DNA of 64,000 nt, taken from Gammaproteobacteria bacterium. GTDB taxonomy: Bacteria > Pseudomonadota > Gammaproteobacteria > JBCCGL01. The stretch spans positions 1,440,001-1,504,000 of the forward strand of contig OZ255836.1 of the NCBI GenBank assembly GCA_965277715.1, read 5' to 3'. The translations under genes were made by a program, and so were the position numbers. Every line of letters begins with the position of its first letter. The stretch's first letter is position 1. Below the pieces are notes generated by a model. It ran no database searches and was not told where the DNA came from. It saw only the letters and a list, made by a program, of their open reading frames with translations. Positions 20,576 through 30,708 of the stretch are shown here, piece after piece.

Positions 20576-21376
20576 TTAACAATCAGCGCCGAGCACGATC
20601 CGACTCACCATTCGCCCTTCCACCCAGCTCTTTAAAAAGGTAACGGCACGCATTGGCGCATGCTGTTCGTCCACCCATTCACACAAACTCTCACACACAC
20701 CGGCAAAGTTCATCCCCTGTTCGCAGTAGTCCAGGGCAAATGATTCATCGATATCCAGCGAGCGCCAGTGCGGGTCCAGGCCCTTGCGCCATACAATCCA
20801 CGCCACTGGATAATCGGTGCGCTGCAAATCGGGCAGCGTGTCCACTTCCTGCTTAATCGCATCCCACAGCAGGGACACGTTGTTATGAAATTGCAGACGG
20901 CATATCGCCGGTACAAACTCAAAGCGCATATCGCCCCAATATTGTGGCTCAATGGCTGACAACTGTTCGAGCGTAGCCACATCGCTGTCGGTGGCGTCAA
21001 ATACCTGGTTTTTTGCCCATTCAAAACGGGCCATCTCCAACAGTATTTCATGCCCTGAATACGGTCTCGTCTCACTCAAAAACGCATGCATATTACGCCC
21101 AAACCAACGAATCGAGGGGTGCTCTGACGGGTGAGCCGCAATATAGGCACGGCACATACCATCAAACGCCTCATCGCCTAACAGGCTGTGTACACCGGGG
21201 AAGTCGACACCCAAGGCTTCAATCAGGCGCAATACATAAGAATCGCCATAGAGGGCAAGGCGCATATCGGCATCGCCCTTGGCATCACTGACAATCGCAT
21301 CCGCAACCGGCATACCCGTTTCCTGGGTAAACAGGTAGTGGCGAAAAGATTGCTGTAAGTCGCGCAGGTGTGTCAT
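20576..21376 (-). CDS. DUF2063-containing MNIO partner protein (BufC/HvfC-like)
   Basis: [37 protein letters not shown]; overlaps the DUF692 stop by 4 bp. Confidence 0.88.
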   Translation of the reverse strand: MTHLRDLQQSFRHYLFTQETGMPVADAIVSDAKGDADMRLALYGDSYVLRLIEALGVDFPGVHSLLGDEAFDGMCRAYIAAHPSEHPSIRWFGRNMHAFLSETRPYSGHEILLEMARFEWAKNQVFDATDSDVATLEQLSAIEPQYWGDMRFEFVPAICRLQFHNNVSLLWDAIKQEVDTLPDLQRTDYPVAWIVWRKGLDPHWRSLDIDESFALDYCEQGMNFAGVCESLCEWVDEQHAPMRAVTFLKSWVEGRMVSRIVLGADC

Positions 21377-22236
21377 GAGAAAGCGGCATTGCCGCCAAAA
21401 GAAGGGAGCTGCTGTGCCAGTGCACGTGCGTGTTGCAATTCGTCAAACAATTCATCGAAGGTGGGGATATTGCCATCGCGCTCAATCATGGTCGATACCG
21501 GGCCAAGGTGAGCGGCGACAGCCTGGTAGAGATCCCACACATCGTTACATACCGGCTGATCGTGCGTATCAATAATAATCTGGCCGGTTTTATCGTACGT
21601 GTGACCCGCCAGATGGTGCTGCCATACACGCTCAGCGGGCACCCCTTTCACATAGTCCAGGGGATCGAAACCATGATTCTGTGCAGACACATAAATATTA
21701 TTAATATCGAGCAAAATCAGGCAATCCGCCCGTTCGACAATCTCGGTAAAAAACGCCCACTCGCTCATCGCCGATTCTTTATACGTCACATAGCTGGACA
21801 GATTTTCCACCAAAATCTGCCGACCAAGAAAATCCTGTATCTGGGTAATGCGCCCTGCGACGTGTTCAATCGCCTCTTCCGTATAGGGTAACGGCAACAG
21901 ATCGTGCATATTATGTGCATCAACACCCGTCCAGCACAGATGATCTGAGACCCAATGGGGTTCGACACGGTCAATGAGCGCCTTAAGCTGTTTGAGGTAA
22001 TTCTTATTCAGTGGGTCAGTACTGCCAATCGACATCGACACACCGTGCATTACCATTGGGTAGTCGGCGCGAATGCGATCCAGAAAGTCGAGTGGCTTAC
22101 CGCCATCGACCATATAGTTTTCAGAAAGGATTTCAAACCAGTCGACTGGTGGCTTCTCATCGACGATGGTTTGATAATGATCGGTGCGCAAGCCCAAACC
22201 GAATCCCAAAAAGGGGCGCGAGGTAATATCGTTCAT
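21373..22236 (-). CDS. DUF692 multinuclear non-heme iron oxidative enzyme (MNIO, BufB-like)
   Basis: [54 protein letters not shown]. Confidence 0.95.
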   Translation of the reverse strand: MNDITSRPFLGFGLGLRTDHYQTIVDEKPPVDWFEILSENYMVDGGKPLDFLDRIRADYPMVMHGVSMSIGSTDPLNKNYLKQLKALIDRVEPHWVSDHLCWTGVDAHNMHDLLPLPYTEEAIEHVAGRITQIQDFLGRQILVENLSSYVTYKESAMSEWAFFTEIVERADCLILLDINNIYVSAQNHGFDPLDYVKGVPAERVWQHHLAGHTYDKTGQIIIDTHDQPVCNDVWDLYQAVAAHLGPVSTMIERDGNIPTFDELFDELQHARALAQQLPSFGGNAAFS

Positions 22237-22294
22237 GGCATTTCGCTGTTAAGAAACGACTGGAAAACCGTTTAAATCTAAAAATTCAGAGCAT

Positions 22295-22336
22295 AAAAAA
22301 ACCGGGAAGACTCCGTAGAGTACCACCCGGCCCGGT
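22295..22336 (-). terminator. hairpin + U-tract between precursor 1 and the MNIO gene
   Basis: CCGGG..ACTC-CGTA-GAGT..CCCGG with an A7 run on the + strand. Confidence 0.65.
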
Positions 22337-22366
22337 AAAGAGAGTAAAAGATAAATCAGTGTCGAT

Positions 22367-22621
22367 TTAACCTACAGTACCGCCCTGGGCATCACACTCA
22401 GACTTACTAAGCGACAGGAAGCCCTGACCTTTACAGGCATTTTGCCCTTTACAGGAAGTCGTTGCTGTAGCGCAATCACTGGTGCCTTTACAGGCATTAA
22501 CACCAACGCAGTGAATAGGATCGCTTGAACCCTCGTCGTGGCCTGAAGAAGCGCATGCACCAAGCATAGTCGCTGCCGCTGCAGCCAGTGCAAAACCAGT
22601 TGTCTTATATAATGTTTTCAT
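22367..22621 (-). CDS. Cys-rich RiPP precursor 1 (bufferin-2-like) with lipoprotein signal
   Basis: Signal ends in LGA-C (lipobox); the core IHCVGVNACKGTSDCATATTSCKGQNACKGQGF..ECDAQGG has 6 Cys. Confidence 0.88.
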   Translation of the reverse strand: MKTLYKTTGFALAAAAATMLGACASSGHDEGSSDPIHCVGVNACKGTSDCATATTSCKGQNACKGQGFLSLSKSECDAQGGTVG

Positions 22622-22737
22622 AGTGAGTAATCATCCTCATAGCAATTTTTGAAGTTAGTTCGAACTACAGAGTATAGAGAGAACTTACCTATTAAGCCAT
22701 TTTGTGAATCTACCCTTGCAGATAAATTCATCTGCTA

Positions 22738-22774
22738 TAAAAAAACCGGGGATACTGCTGGAGTAACCCCGGTT
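22738..22774 (-). terminator. hairpin + U-tract after precursor 2
   Basis: AACCGGGG-ATACT..AGTA-ACCCCGGTT with an A-run on the + strand; paralogous to the hairpin at 22295. Confidence 0.7.
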
Positions 22775-22798
22775 CTATCAAGCTAAATCGATATCGAT

Positions 22799-23047
22799 TT
22801 AACTTTCTACGGTGCCGCCCTGAGCGTCACATTCGGCTTTGGTCAAACCCAGGAAACCCTGGCCTTTACAGGCGTTCTGACCTTTGCATGAGGTAGTAGC
22901 GGTTTTACAGTCACTGGTACCTTTACAGGCATTGACACCCAGGCAGTGAATTTTATCGCCTGCAGAAGCAGCCATAGGAGCGGCAACAAGCATTGCAGCA
23001 GCAGTAGCGGCGAGAGTGAAACCAGTGGTTTTAGTTGCGATTTTCAT
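22799..23047 (-). CDS. Cys-rich RiPP precursor 2 (bufferin-2-like) with Sec/SPI signal
   Basis: Start re-assigned to the ATG at 23047 (AGGA upstream). Sequence MKIATKTTGFTLAATAAAMLVAAPMAASA|GDKIHCLGVNACKGTSDCKTATTSCKGQNACKGQGF..ECDAQGG. Confidence 0.88.
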   Translation of the reverse strand: MKIATKTTGFTLAATAAAMLVAAPMAASAGDKIHCLGVNACKGTSDCKTATTSCKGQNACKGQGFLGLTKAECDAQGGTVES

Positions 23048-23315
23048 AGTAGATAGCCATCCTAATAACAAATTTGAATTAGAGTAAACAGCCGACGCAG
23101 ATTGCTCTGCAAATCGAGCTGCAAACTGTGACCGTGACCCATTGATTAAGTTCTCTAACAATGAAAAAAATTACTTTACGTCAAAAAAATACTTTAGCAG
23201 CGACTGTTTTAAGCCGACAATACGCAGCATCTGACACTACGCAGCTTGGCCCATATTAATTAATCAGATCGACGACGAATCGATTGATTAACATAAGGTT
23301 TAAAGCAAACGGTTT

Positions 23316-24116
23316 ATGTTAAACGACCTCGAAACACTACATGATCTGGCCCGGCTTGCCGGTCACCGCGAACTGCTCCCCCGCTTTAAGCAAATCGGTT
23401 ACAGCCTGAAGCCCGATGGCAGCATTATCACTGAGGCGGATCTCGCCGTAGACGATTTTTTTCGCTGTGAACTGAACCGGCGTTGGCCCGGAGTGAATTT
23501 TCTCAGTGAGGAAATGGACAGCGCAGACCAACAGGCAATGCTTGACGACAGCGACAAACCCTTCTGGTGTATCGACCCGCTGGACGGCACCAGCAATTAC
23601 GTTGCGGGCGTGCCGATTTTTAGCATTTGTATCGCGTTGATCGATAATGGCAAACCTGTATACGGGTTGATCTACGACCCGGTACAGGACGAATGCTTCT
23701 ATGCGATGAAGGGCAAGGGTGCCTGGCTTAACGGCATGCGGTTAAAACACCGCTCCCTGCAATTTGACATGGATCACGCTATCGCTCTGGTGGATTTCAA
23801 ACGCCTGAAATCACCGTTGCGTGATCGCCTGATCAACAACCCACCCTATGCGTCACAACGCAATGTTGGCTCCTGTGCGCTCGAATGGGCGTGGATGGCG
23901 GCGCGGCGCGGTCACCTATACCTGCACGGCGGGCAAAAACTCTGGGATATGGCGGCTGGCGTGCTTATTCTCGAAGAAGCGGGCGGGTTCAGCCAAACCC
24001 TCGACGGTGAACCCACCTTCAAACCCAGCCTGACACCCCGTTCCGTAATCGCCTCACCCTATGAAGAACTGTTCACGGAGTGGCGTGACTGGTTATTGCT
24101 CAACGTAGAGGCTTAA
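23316..24116 (+). CDS. inositol monophosphatase family protein
   Basis: TEAD, SEE, WCIDPLDGTSNY, WDMAAG. Confidence 0.9.
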   Translation: MLNDLETLHDLARLAGHRELLPRFKQIGYSLKPDGSIITEADLAVDDFFRCELNRRWPGVNFLSEEMDSADQQAMLDDSDKPFWCIDPLDGTSNYVAGVPIFSICIALIDNGKPVYGLIYDPVQDECFYAMKGKGAWLNGMRLKHRSLQFDMDHAIALVDFKRLKSPLRDRLINNPPYASQRNVGSCALEWAWMAARRGHLYLHGGQKLWDMAAGVLILEEAGGFSQTLDGEPTFKPSLTPRSVIASPYEELFTEWRDWLLLNVEA

Positions 24117-24979
24117 CCCGAAACAAACGCCACCACCTGCTGAACACACGACGCGTCGCGCAAAATGCGGCGATGTCCTAAACCCTGAGTGCATAACAGC
24201 GTTGCCCCATTCCACTGTTTGGCCAATAGCCGCGCAGATTCGACAAGCACATCGCGATCCTGCTCATCGTGCATCAACAGGCACGGCAGGCGCAGATGTT
24301 GCGCGTGCTCACCGGGTGACATCACCTGCAACACATCATCACCGAACTGACGCCGTAAATTAACGCGTAAGCGCTCGACAACACGGGGTGGGGGTGACAA
24401 CCAGTGCGTGTAGGCGGCAAATATCTTTTCACCGGAAAAAGGCACACCGATCAATACACAGGTGTCCGCTGTTACCCCCATTCGCAATGCACAGGTACTG
24501 CTTACTCCACCAAATGAATGCGCAATAATTGCCGCAAAATGCCCGTGTGTTTGTTGGATTACCTTTAGTACCTGGCTGCATTCGAAGAAATCGGTGTCAT
24601 TACCCTCGCTGTCACCGTGACCCGGAAGATCGGGCGCAATAACAGCGTACCCGGCGTCGACCAAAGGCTGGGCAAATGCGGCCATTTGCGAGCCACGACC
24701 ACCCCAACCGTGCACCAAGACAACTGGTGGGTTATCGCCAGCCCCCCATTGGCGAAGACAAACCCGACGCTTACCAACACGTATAAACGTACTGCGCGAT
24801 TCACCTAACCAGTGGGTCTCCCTATCTGGCACCGGGTAGCGCCGTGTCATCCGCCAGATACGCATCGCTACCAGCGCCGCCAACCTCACGCTGACCATCG
24901 CCAGTGTGGTGACCAGGTAATGGTAACCTGCTGCTTCACCACGCGCCCGTGAACGGTGTGGAACCGCCTTGTCACTCAT
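24113..24979 (-). CDS. alpha/beta-fold hydrolase
   Basis: LVHGWGG, DLPGHG, AHSFG nucleophile, HDEQD, GLGH. Confidence 0.88.
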   Translation of the reverse strand: MSDKAVPHRSRARGEAAGYHYLVTTLAMVSVRLAALVAMRIWRMTRRYPVPDRETHWLGESRSTFIRVGKRRVCLRQWGAGDNPPVVLVHGWGGRGSQMAAFAQPLVDAGYAVIAPDLPGHGDSEGNDTDFFECSQVLKVIQQTHGHFAAIIAHSFGGVSSTCALRMGVTADTCVLIGVPFSGEKIFAAYTHWLSPPPRVVERLRVNLRRQFGDDVLQVMSPGEHAQHLRLPCLLMHDEQDRDVLVESARLLAKQWNGATLLCTQGLGHRRILRDASCVQQVVAFVSG

Positions 24980-26903
24980 AGCGATGATTTGCCTCAGGCT
25001 TTTTCAACCGTTCCAGTTGCTCAGTCGCATCGAGCCACTGAATTTCCTCTTTATCGATTTGTTGTTTGCACGCTGCCTGCTGTTGCAATAATGCAATCAA
25101 TTCGCCTTTGCGTTCCTCCTGGTACAGCGTGCTGTCGGCGAGCGCTGTCTCGATAGACGACAGCGATGCTTCCGCCGACTGCAAAGACGCCTCAAGGCGA
25201 CGCACCTGGCTACTGATATGGCTCAAACGGTTGCGCGCCTGTGCTTCTTGGCGTTTGCGTTCGCGCTTGAGTTTCGCGTTATTTTCTGGCGTTTTGGACG
25301 CTTTTTCCAAGCGGCTAGCACCATCGACTTCAGTACGCGACTGCAACAGCCACCGTGCATAGTCATCCAGATCACCCTCAAAAGGGTTGACGCCACCATC
25401 GTGAACCAGACGCAGCGAATCACACACAGACTGCAACAAATGACGGTCGTGCGATACCACCACCAGCGCACCTTCAAACCCTTGCAAGGCAACCCCCAGC
25501 GCGTGGCGCATTTCCAAATCGAGGTGATTGGTCGGTTCATCCAACAACAACAGATTGGGCTTTTGACGAATCATTGCCGCCAACACCAGCCGTGCCTTTT
25601 CACCGCCAGATAACGGGCCGATAGGCCCCAGTGCCGCTTCACCGTTAAATGCAAAACCACCCAGAAACTTGCGCAGGGCACTCTCTGCTGCCTTGGGTTC
25701 CAGACGACGCAGATAAGACAGCGGCGTCTCATCATCGCGCAATTGCTCCACCTGGTGCTGGGCAAAATACGCTGTGCGCAATTCGCGGGCACATTCAACC
25801 CTGCCACACTGAGGTGCCAGCTCACCCACTAAAGCTTTAATAAACGTTGATTTACCTGCACCGTTAGCGCCTAACAAACCAATCCTGTCACCGGCCATTA
25901 CACTGATATTTACCCCGCGCAATACCGGTATATCGGTATACCCAAAGTCGGCACTTTCCACCGACACCAACTGGTTGGGCATTTTTTCAGGCTTTTCAAA
26001 TGCAAACGAAAAAGGTGAATCGATATGCGCCGGGGCGATCAGCTCCAGGCGCGCCAGGGCCTTCAAGCGACTTTGTGCCTGCCGCGCTTTACTGGCCTTG
26101 GCGCGAAAGCGCTCGACAAACTTCTGCATATGCACAATATCGCGCTGCTGTTTAACGTATAAAGCCTGTTGCCCAGCCAATCGCGCTGCACGTTGCTGTT
26201 CAAAGTCTGAATAGTTGCCGGTGTACAAGGCAACCCGGCTGTTTTCGATATGCACAATATGCGTACACACCGCGTCGAGAAAGTCGCGGTCATGCGAAAT
26301 CAACAACAACATTCCCTGATAAGCACTTAGCCAGCTCTCAAGCCAAATAATTGCGTCGAGATCGAGGTGGTTGGTCGGCTCATCAAGCAATAACAGATCG
26401 GAGCGGCACATCAGTGCGCGTGCCAGATTGAGGCGCATACGCCAGCCACCAGAAAACTGCCTGAACGACATCGCTTGTTCTGCATCGCTAAAACCCAGGC
26501 CCGCCAATAATTTCGCGGCCCGGGTATCCGCGCTGTAACCCCCGATACGGTCAATAACCTCGTGCGCCAGTGCCAGCCGGTTACCATCATCAGCGGCCTC
26601 TGCCGCCGCTAGCTCAGTACGCGCCAATAGCAAACCACGGTCACCCGCGACAACGTAGTCGAGCGCCTTCACATCGACCGCCTCAACCTCCTGCGATACA
26701 CTGGCTATTTCGATTTTAGGGGGTAGCGAAATATCGCCACTGTCTGCATGCAGGTGCCCTTCAAGCATACCGAACAAACTGGTTTTTCCAATGCCGTTGG
26801 CCCCGGTCACACCGGTACGCTGGCCACTGTGCAGGGTTAGGTTTGCGTTTTCAAACAACAGGCGCGTGCCGCGCCGCAGGGATACATTACTGAGTTTAAT
26901 CAT
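24972..26903 (-). CDS. ABC-F family ATPase (YheS-like)
   Basis: Two ABC cassettes (GANGIGKT, FSGGWRMR, LLDEPTNHLD; GANGAGKST, LSGGEK), no TM segments, C-terminal coiled coil. Confidence 0.92.
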   Translation of the reverse strand: MIKLSNVSLRRGTRLLFENANLTLHSGQRTGVTGANGIGKTSLFGMLEGHLHADSGDISLPPKIEIASVSQEVEAVDVKALDYVVAGDRGLLLARTELAAAEAADDGNRLALAHEVIDRIGGYSADTRAAKLLAGLGFSDAEQAMSFRQFSGGWRMRLNLARALMCRSDLLLLDEPTNHLDLDAIIWLESWLSAYQGMLLLISHDRDFLDAVCTHIVHIENSRVALYTGNYSDFEQQRAARLAGQQALYVKQQRDIVHMQKFVERFRAKASKARQAQSRLKALARLELIAPAHIDSPFSFAFEKPEKMPNQLVSVESADFGYTDIPVLRGVNISVMAGDRIGLLGANGAGKSTFIKALVGELAPQCGRVECARELRTAYFAQHQVEQLRDDETPLSYLRRLEPKAAESALRKFLGGFAFNGEAALGPIGPLSGGEKARLVLAAMIRQKPNLLLLDEPTNHLDLEMRHALGVALQGFEGALVVVSHDRHLLQSVCDSLRLVHDGGVNPFEGDLDDYARWLLQSRTEVDGASRLEKASKTPENNAKLKRERKRQEAQARNRLSHISSQVRRLEASLQSAEASLSSIETALADSTLYQEERKGELIALLQQQAACKQQIDKEEIQWLDATEQLERLKKPEANHRYE

Positions 26904-27229
26904 GGGGGCGGAGTTTAGCGGGTATAGCAGTGCATTTTGAAATAATTACGACTATTCAGAAATGTATTTTCTTAGCCTGCATTCATATCATTGAGTCTCG
27001 GGGGCATTCTCAATCACCGTGGACGAACCGATTGTGGCCTGCTTGTCGCGTTCGCTGAATGAATGCGCCCATTTGAAATTCAATTTTCGTTAATGACCTG
27101 GGGTCAATCTTAGCTTTCGACTTAGTTTGTTTTTCTGGTGTGAAAAGCCAAACGCAAAACGCAAAGGCAACAACTAAAGCTAAGAATTTAATTAATTTTT
27201 CATCAAATGAACTAAAACAATAATAATGC

Positions 27230-27592
27230 TCAAGATGTTGTAATGCTGTAAGCAGTAAAAATGCCTAGAGCAAAGAATGCATATGAACCAAACACAAGGG
27301 AAATACCTATCCCGCGCATCCAGTGACTTGATCTTGTTCCTGGATTATGCTGGGCCATATATTGATAAAAATAAGCTACTGCTGCGGCCATAGCTACAAA
27401 CAGAGCGCCCATTGAAAAGCAAACCAGACTTTTAGCGTACAGGTCGGCCAAAAAACGGTTTGAATCTATTAGATTCCCTATGAATGCAAGCATGGAAATT
27501 GCCGCTGTGCCGTTCAATATAAACGCTGAACGCAGGGCGTTTGCCGACGTATCGAGAGCCGCTTGTAGCATTTGGTCGTTCTCGGTGCTCAT
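27230..27592 (-). CDS. hypothetical 3-TM membrane protein
   Basis: ALRSAFILNGTAAISMLAFIG and two further hydrophobic helices; start at ATG 27592 or further upstream. Confidence 0.65.
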   Translation of the reverse strand: MSTENDQMLQAALDTSANALRSAFILNGTAAISMLAFIGNLIDSNRFLADLYAKSLVCFSMGALFVAMAAAVAYFYQYMAQHNPGTRSSHWMRGIGISLVFGSYAFFALGIFTAYSITTS

Positions 27593-27679
27593 CGTTTTAG
27601 CGTAGTTACGCATGTGCTGTTTGTCAAACTTTTGATGCATGACTAGCGGCATGATTGCGGGCTAACTACTGTATCAAGA

Positions 27680-27708
27680 TGAGCTGTCAAGGAATCCTTG
27701 ACAGCTCA
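27680..27708. repeat. near-perfect 29-bp palindrome
   Basis: TGAGCTGTCAAGGA-A-TCCTTGACAGCTCA. Confidence 0.85.
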
Positions 27709-27929
27709 AACCCTATTAGGGTTTTTGTTGGGTCAATTGATTTTTGACACCAGGTTTTATGCGGTCAACTGTGTAAACCACCCTTGATTAAGGGATTACA
27801 CCAAGTCCACGAACTCTGATATTGAGTCCCTAATAATATCAAATAGCTAGCCGGTTATTTTAAGAGGGGCGTATTCAGGGACGCCCCTAGGCAGCGCTTG
27901 ATTTACCAGCTCGAACTAATGGCACCACA

Positions 27930-28297
27930 TTATGATGCGGGTAAATACTTTTTTCTCGACACGATTCACTGACTTGTGCTTCGTCCAAGGCACCACAACT
28001 TATCACCATATCCAACTTATCTTCTTTACTCCAATCTTGTGGTCGCCTTTCTTTTTTCATAACGGTTTTAGCACATTGAGTCGCTTTCAATATATATGCT
28101 CTCGACTCTCTTATCCACCGCTGCAAGGTGGAATTGCCCACACCAAATTCAGCAGCAAGATCGGTCAGGGTAACACCAGGGCTACGCCCCAAGGCTTTCT
28201 CTACTGCTTGCTGTTTAAACGATGATGTAAATGCTCTTGTCATAATACCTGCCTCTTTATTGAAAATTAGAGGCGACAACTAGTCTGACACAGGGGG
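27930..28297 (-). mobile_element. IS3-family remnant (left end + truncated orfA)
   Basis: FTSSFKQQAVEKAL..LAAEFGVGNSTLQRWI HTH; the end TGTCAGACTAGTTGTC resembles TGTCAGGGTAGTTGTC at 62996. Confidence 0.8.
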
Positions 28298-28695
28298 CTA
28301 TTCGACTACTATCACAACCCTTGCACTACACAGCAAATTTGGATGTAGAACAGTGTCTGGCGAATGAAGATCGTGTATTTTCTGGTATGAGGGCAGGCGA
28401 ATGAAGTATGTTGAAAAACATGGCTTGCGGATCTACAGTTTCGGATGTCTAAATAAGCGAATTTTTGGAAATGCTTTCCAATTATGAATGGGCATTACAT
28501 ACCTAAACACGCTGTATTGAACCAATAATCGCTTATCAAAGAAGCCAGAAGAAAGGTGGTAGTATTTGTGTATTCGGCACTATTCGTGTAAAAATACCTC
28601 TGTTCCACCCCCTCAAAGGAAAAAGGGCTTTTAATACACCATTGGAAACCGATTGACTCAATGAAAGTACTGTCCCAAAACTTATAATAATAACT

Positions 28696-29454
28696 ATGAC
28701 CACTTTCGAACAACCGCTTAGTGAACGCCTTCGCACCTTTATACGGCTGCAACAATTGTCTAACCGTATCAACCACTATTCCAGCCAGAGTAGCGAATGG
28801 GATATTCATACGTCTGTGTTGCTGCTGCTCGATCTTTATGAAATCACATCCAGAGTGGATTTAAAAAGCGAAGTAATGAAGGAATTGGAGCGACAAAGCC
28901 AGTCGCTGAGCCAATTTTTGGGTTCCAGCCAGATTGACTCGCAACAACTCTCGGTGATACTGAGTAAGCAACGCGATCTGATTGCTCGGCTGCACGAACA
29001 ACAAGGGCAAATCACTCAACACATTAAAAGCAGCGAATTTCTAAACAGTGTCCGCCAGCGCTGTACTGCGAGTGGCAGTGCCTGTTCCTACGACTTACCT
29101 GTTTACTATCATTGGCTCAACAGGTCACGTAGCGAGTGCAAAGCCGCTATTGTGGCGTGGCTGCAACCTTTTGATGCAGCTTTGCAGGCCATTAATCTGG
29201 CACTGGAGACAATCCGGGAGAGCACTGGTTTTAAGGTGGCAGTCGCTACCGAGGGGTTCTTTCAGCAGGCGCTCGGCAACAGTACGCGCCCACCACAGCT
29301 TATCCGCGTACGCACCGGGGGTAATATATTCCCCGAAATCAGCGGCAGTAAACATTTGATGACCGTACGTTTTTTTGAGTATGTTTCAGTCAATGACCGC
29401 ACAGTTCAGGCCACTGACGATATATCCTTTCAGTTTTCGCTTTGTACTATATGA
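28696..29454 (+). CDS. zapD: cell division protein ZapD
   Basis: FEQPLSERLRTFIRL, DLKSEVMKELERQ, CSYDLP, FPEISGSKH. Confidence 0.92.
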   Translation: MTTFEQPLSERLRTFIRLQQLSNRINHYSSQSSEWDIHTSVLLLLDLYEITSRVDLKSEVMKELERQSQSLSQFLGSSQIDSQQLSVILSKQRDLIARLHEQQGQITQHIKSSEFLNSVRQRCTASGSACSYDLPVYYHWLNRSRSECKAAIVAWLQPFDAALQAINLALETIRESTGFKVAVATEGFFQQALGNSTRPPQLIRVRTGGNIFPEISGSKHLMTVRFFEYVSVNDRTVQATDDISFQFSLCTI

Positions 29455-29467
29455 GGGTTAGTAGGCG

Positions 29468-30700
29468 TTAACTTCTGTACTCGGCATTGATTCGCAAATA
29501 GTCATAGGAAAGATCGCTGGTCCATATCGACCACTGTGCATCACCTCGCCCCAGCGCGACAAATACGGTAATCTCCTTACGATTCATCACAGCCTGTGCA
29601 CGTGCTTCGCTGTAGTCACTGGCGGGCTCGCCCTTTTCGACAATCACGACATCTTCGATTGCCAACGACACTTTCTCAATATCCAGACCATTTAGACCAG
29701 ATCGCCCCACCGCAGCGAGCAACCGCCCAACATTGGGATCGCTGGCAAAAAAGGCAGTTTTCACTAGCGGTGAGTGGGCAATGGTATACGCCACTTGTCG
29801 GCACTCAGCCACATCAAAACCACCGGTGACGGCAACCTCAATAAACTTGGTGGCGCCCTCACCATCACGCACGATTGATTGCGCCAGCGATTCGCAGGCA
29901 CGCACAATACAAGCGGCAAATGTCGACCATTGTGGGTGCTGTTCATCCAGCACTGCATTATCCGGTATTGCATGGCCTGCCTGGCCCGTTGCCAGCAATA
30001 CACAGGCATCATTGGTAGAGGTATCGCCGTCAATGCTAATGCTGTTAAACGAGCGCGCATTAGCCTGGTTTAGCAATGCCTGTAAGCTTTCCGAATCGAC
30101 ACGGGCATCGGTTGCGATAAATGCCAGCATGGTGGCCATATTTGGGCAAATCATCCCCGAGCCTTTACACATACCGGTAACGGTTACTTCAACATTATCT
30201 ATCAGTATTCTCTCGCTAAACCCCTTGGGTGCGGTATCCGTCGTCATTATCCCGCGAGAAGCGGGCAGCCAGTTGTCTTCAGACAGCAGCCCGCTAAACC
30301 GGCCGATACCTTTTTGCATTAATGAAAGGTTTAACTGCTCACCAATAACACCCGTGGAAAAAGGCAATACAGCCGGTACTGACACGCCCGCTTGTTCGGC
30401 AACCTGCTCACAACAGCGCAACGCATTACGCATCCCTTCGGTGCCGGTGCCTGCATTGGCATTGCCCGCATTAATCAACAGATAACGGGGATGTGTGTGT
30501 TCGAGGTGTTTACGTGCCAGTGTGACGGGCGCAGCACAAAAGGCATTTTGCGTGAATACCGCTGCCGCCTGTGTACCGGCGTCACAGGCAATCAAGACCA
30601 TATCGTCTGCTCCGGTTTTCTTCAACCCAGCAGAGAGTGATGCCAGTTTAATGCCCTTTACCGGGTGCATTATCTCCGGGTAACGTAGCGCGACAGCCAT
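29468..30700 (-). CDS. argJ: bifunctional ornithine acetyltransferase ArgJ
   Basis: FTQNAFCAAPV, MTTDT, KGSGMICPNMATML, DGEGATK, INAEYRS. Confidence 0.96.
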   Translation of the reverse strand: MAVALRYPEIMHPVKGIKLASLSAGLKKTGADDMVLIACDAGTQAAAVFTQNAFCAAPVTLARKHLEHTHPRYLLINAGNANAGTGTEGMRNALRCCEQVAEQAGVSVPAVLPFSTGVIGEQLNLSLMQKGIGRFSGLLSEDNWLPASRGIMTTDTAPKGFSERILIDNVEVTVTGMCKGSGMICPNMATMLAFIATDARVDSESLQALLNQANARSFNSISIDGDTSTNDACVLLATGQAGHAIPDNAVLDEQHPQWSTFAACIVRACESLAQSIVRDGEGATKFIEVAVTGGFDVAECRQVAYTIAHSPLVKTAFFASDPNVGRLLAAVGRSGLNGLDIEKVSLAIEDVVIVEKGEPASDYSEARAQAVMNRKEITVFVALGRGDAQWSIWTSDLSYDYLRINAEYRS

Positions 30701-30708
30701 ACCAAGGC

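Noticed and set aside
23048-23161. 38-aa N-terminal extension of precursor 2 in the ORF track
   Set aside because: The RBS and homology to precursor 1 place the start at 23047.
23145-23180. ECF-sigma promoter (GTAA...GAAC) upstream of the precursors
   Set aside because: The spacing is inconsistent between the two precursor upstream regions and cannot be supported by eye.
29733-30485. long antisense ORFs (this 250-aa one and many others in the track)
   Set aside because: They are shadows of well-supported genes on the opposite strand and have no recognisable motifs.
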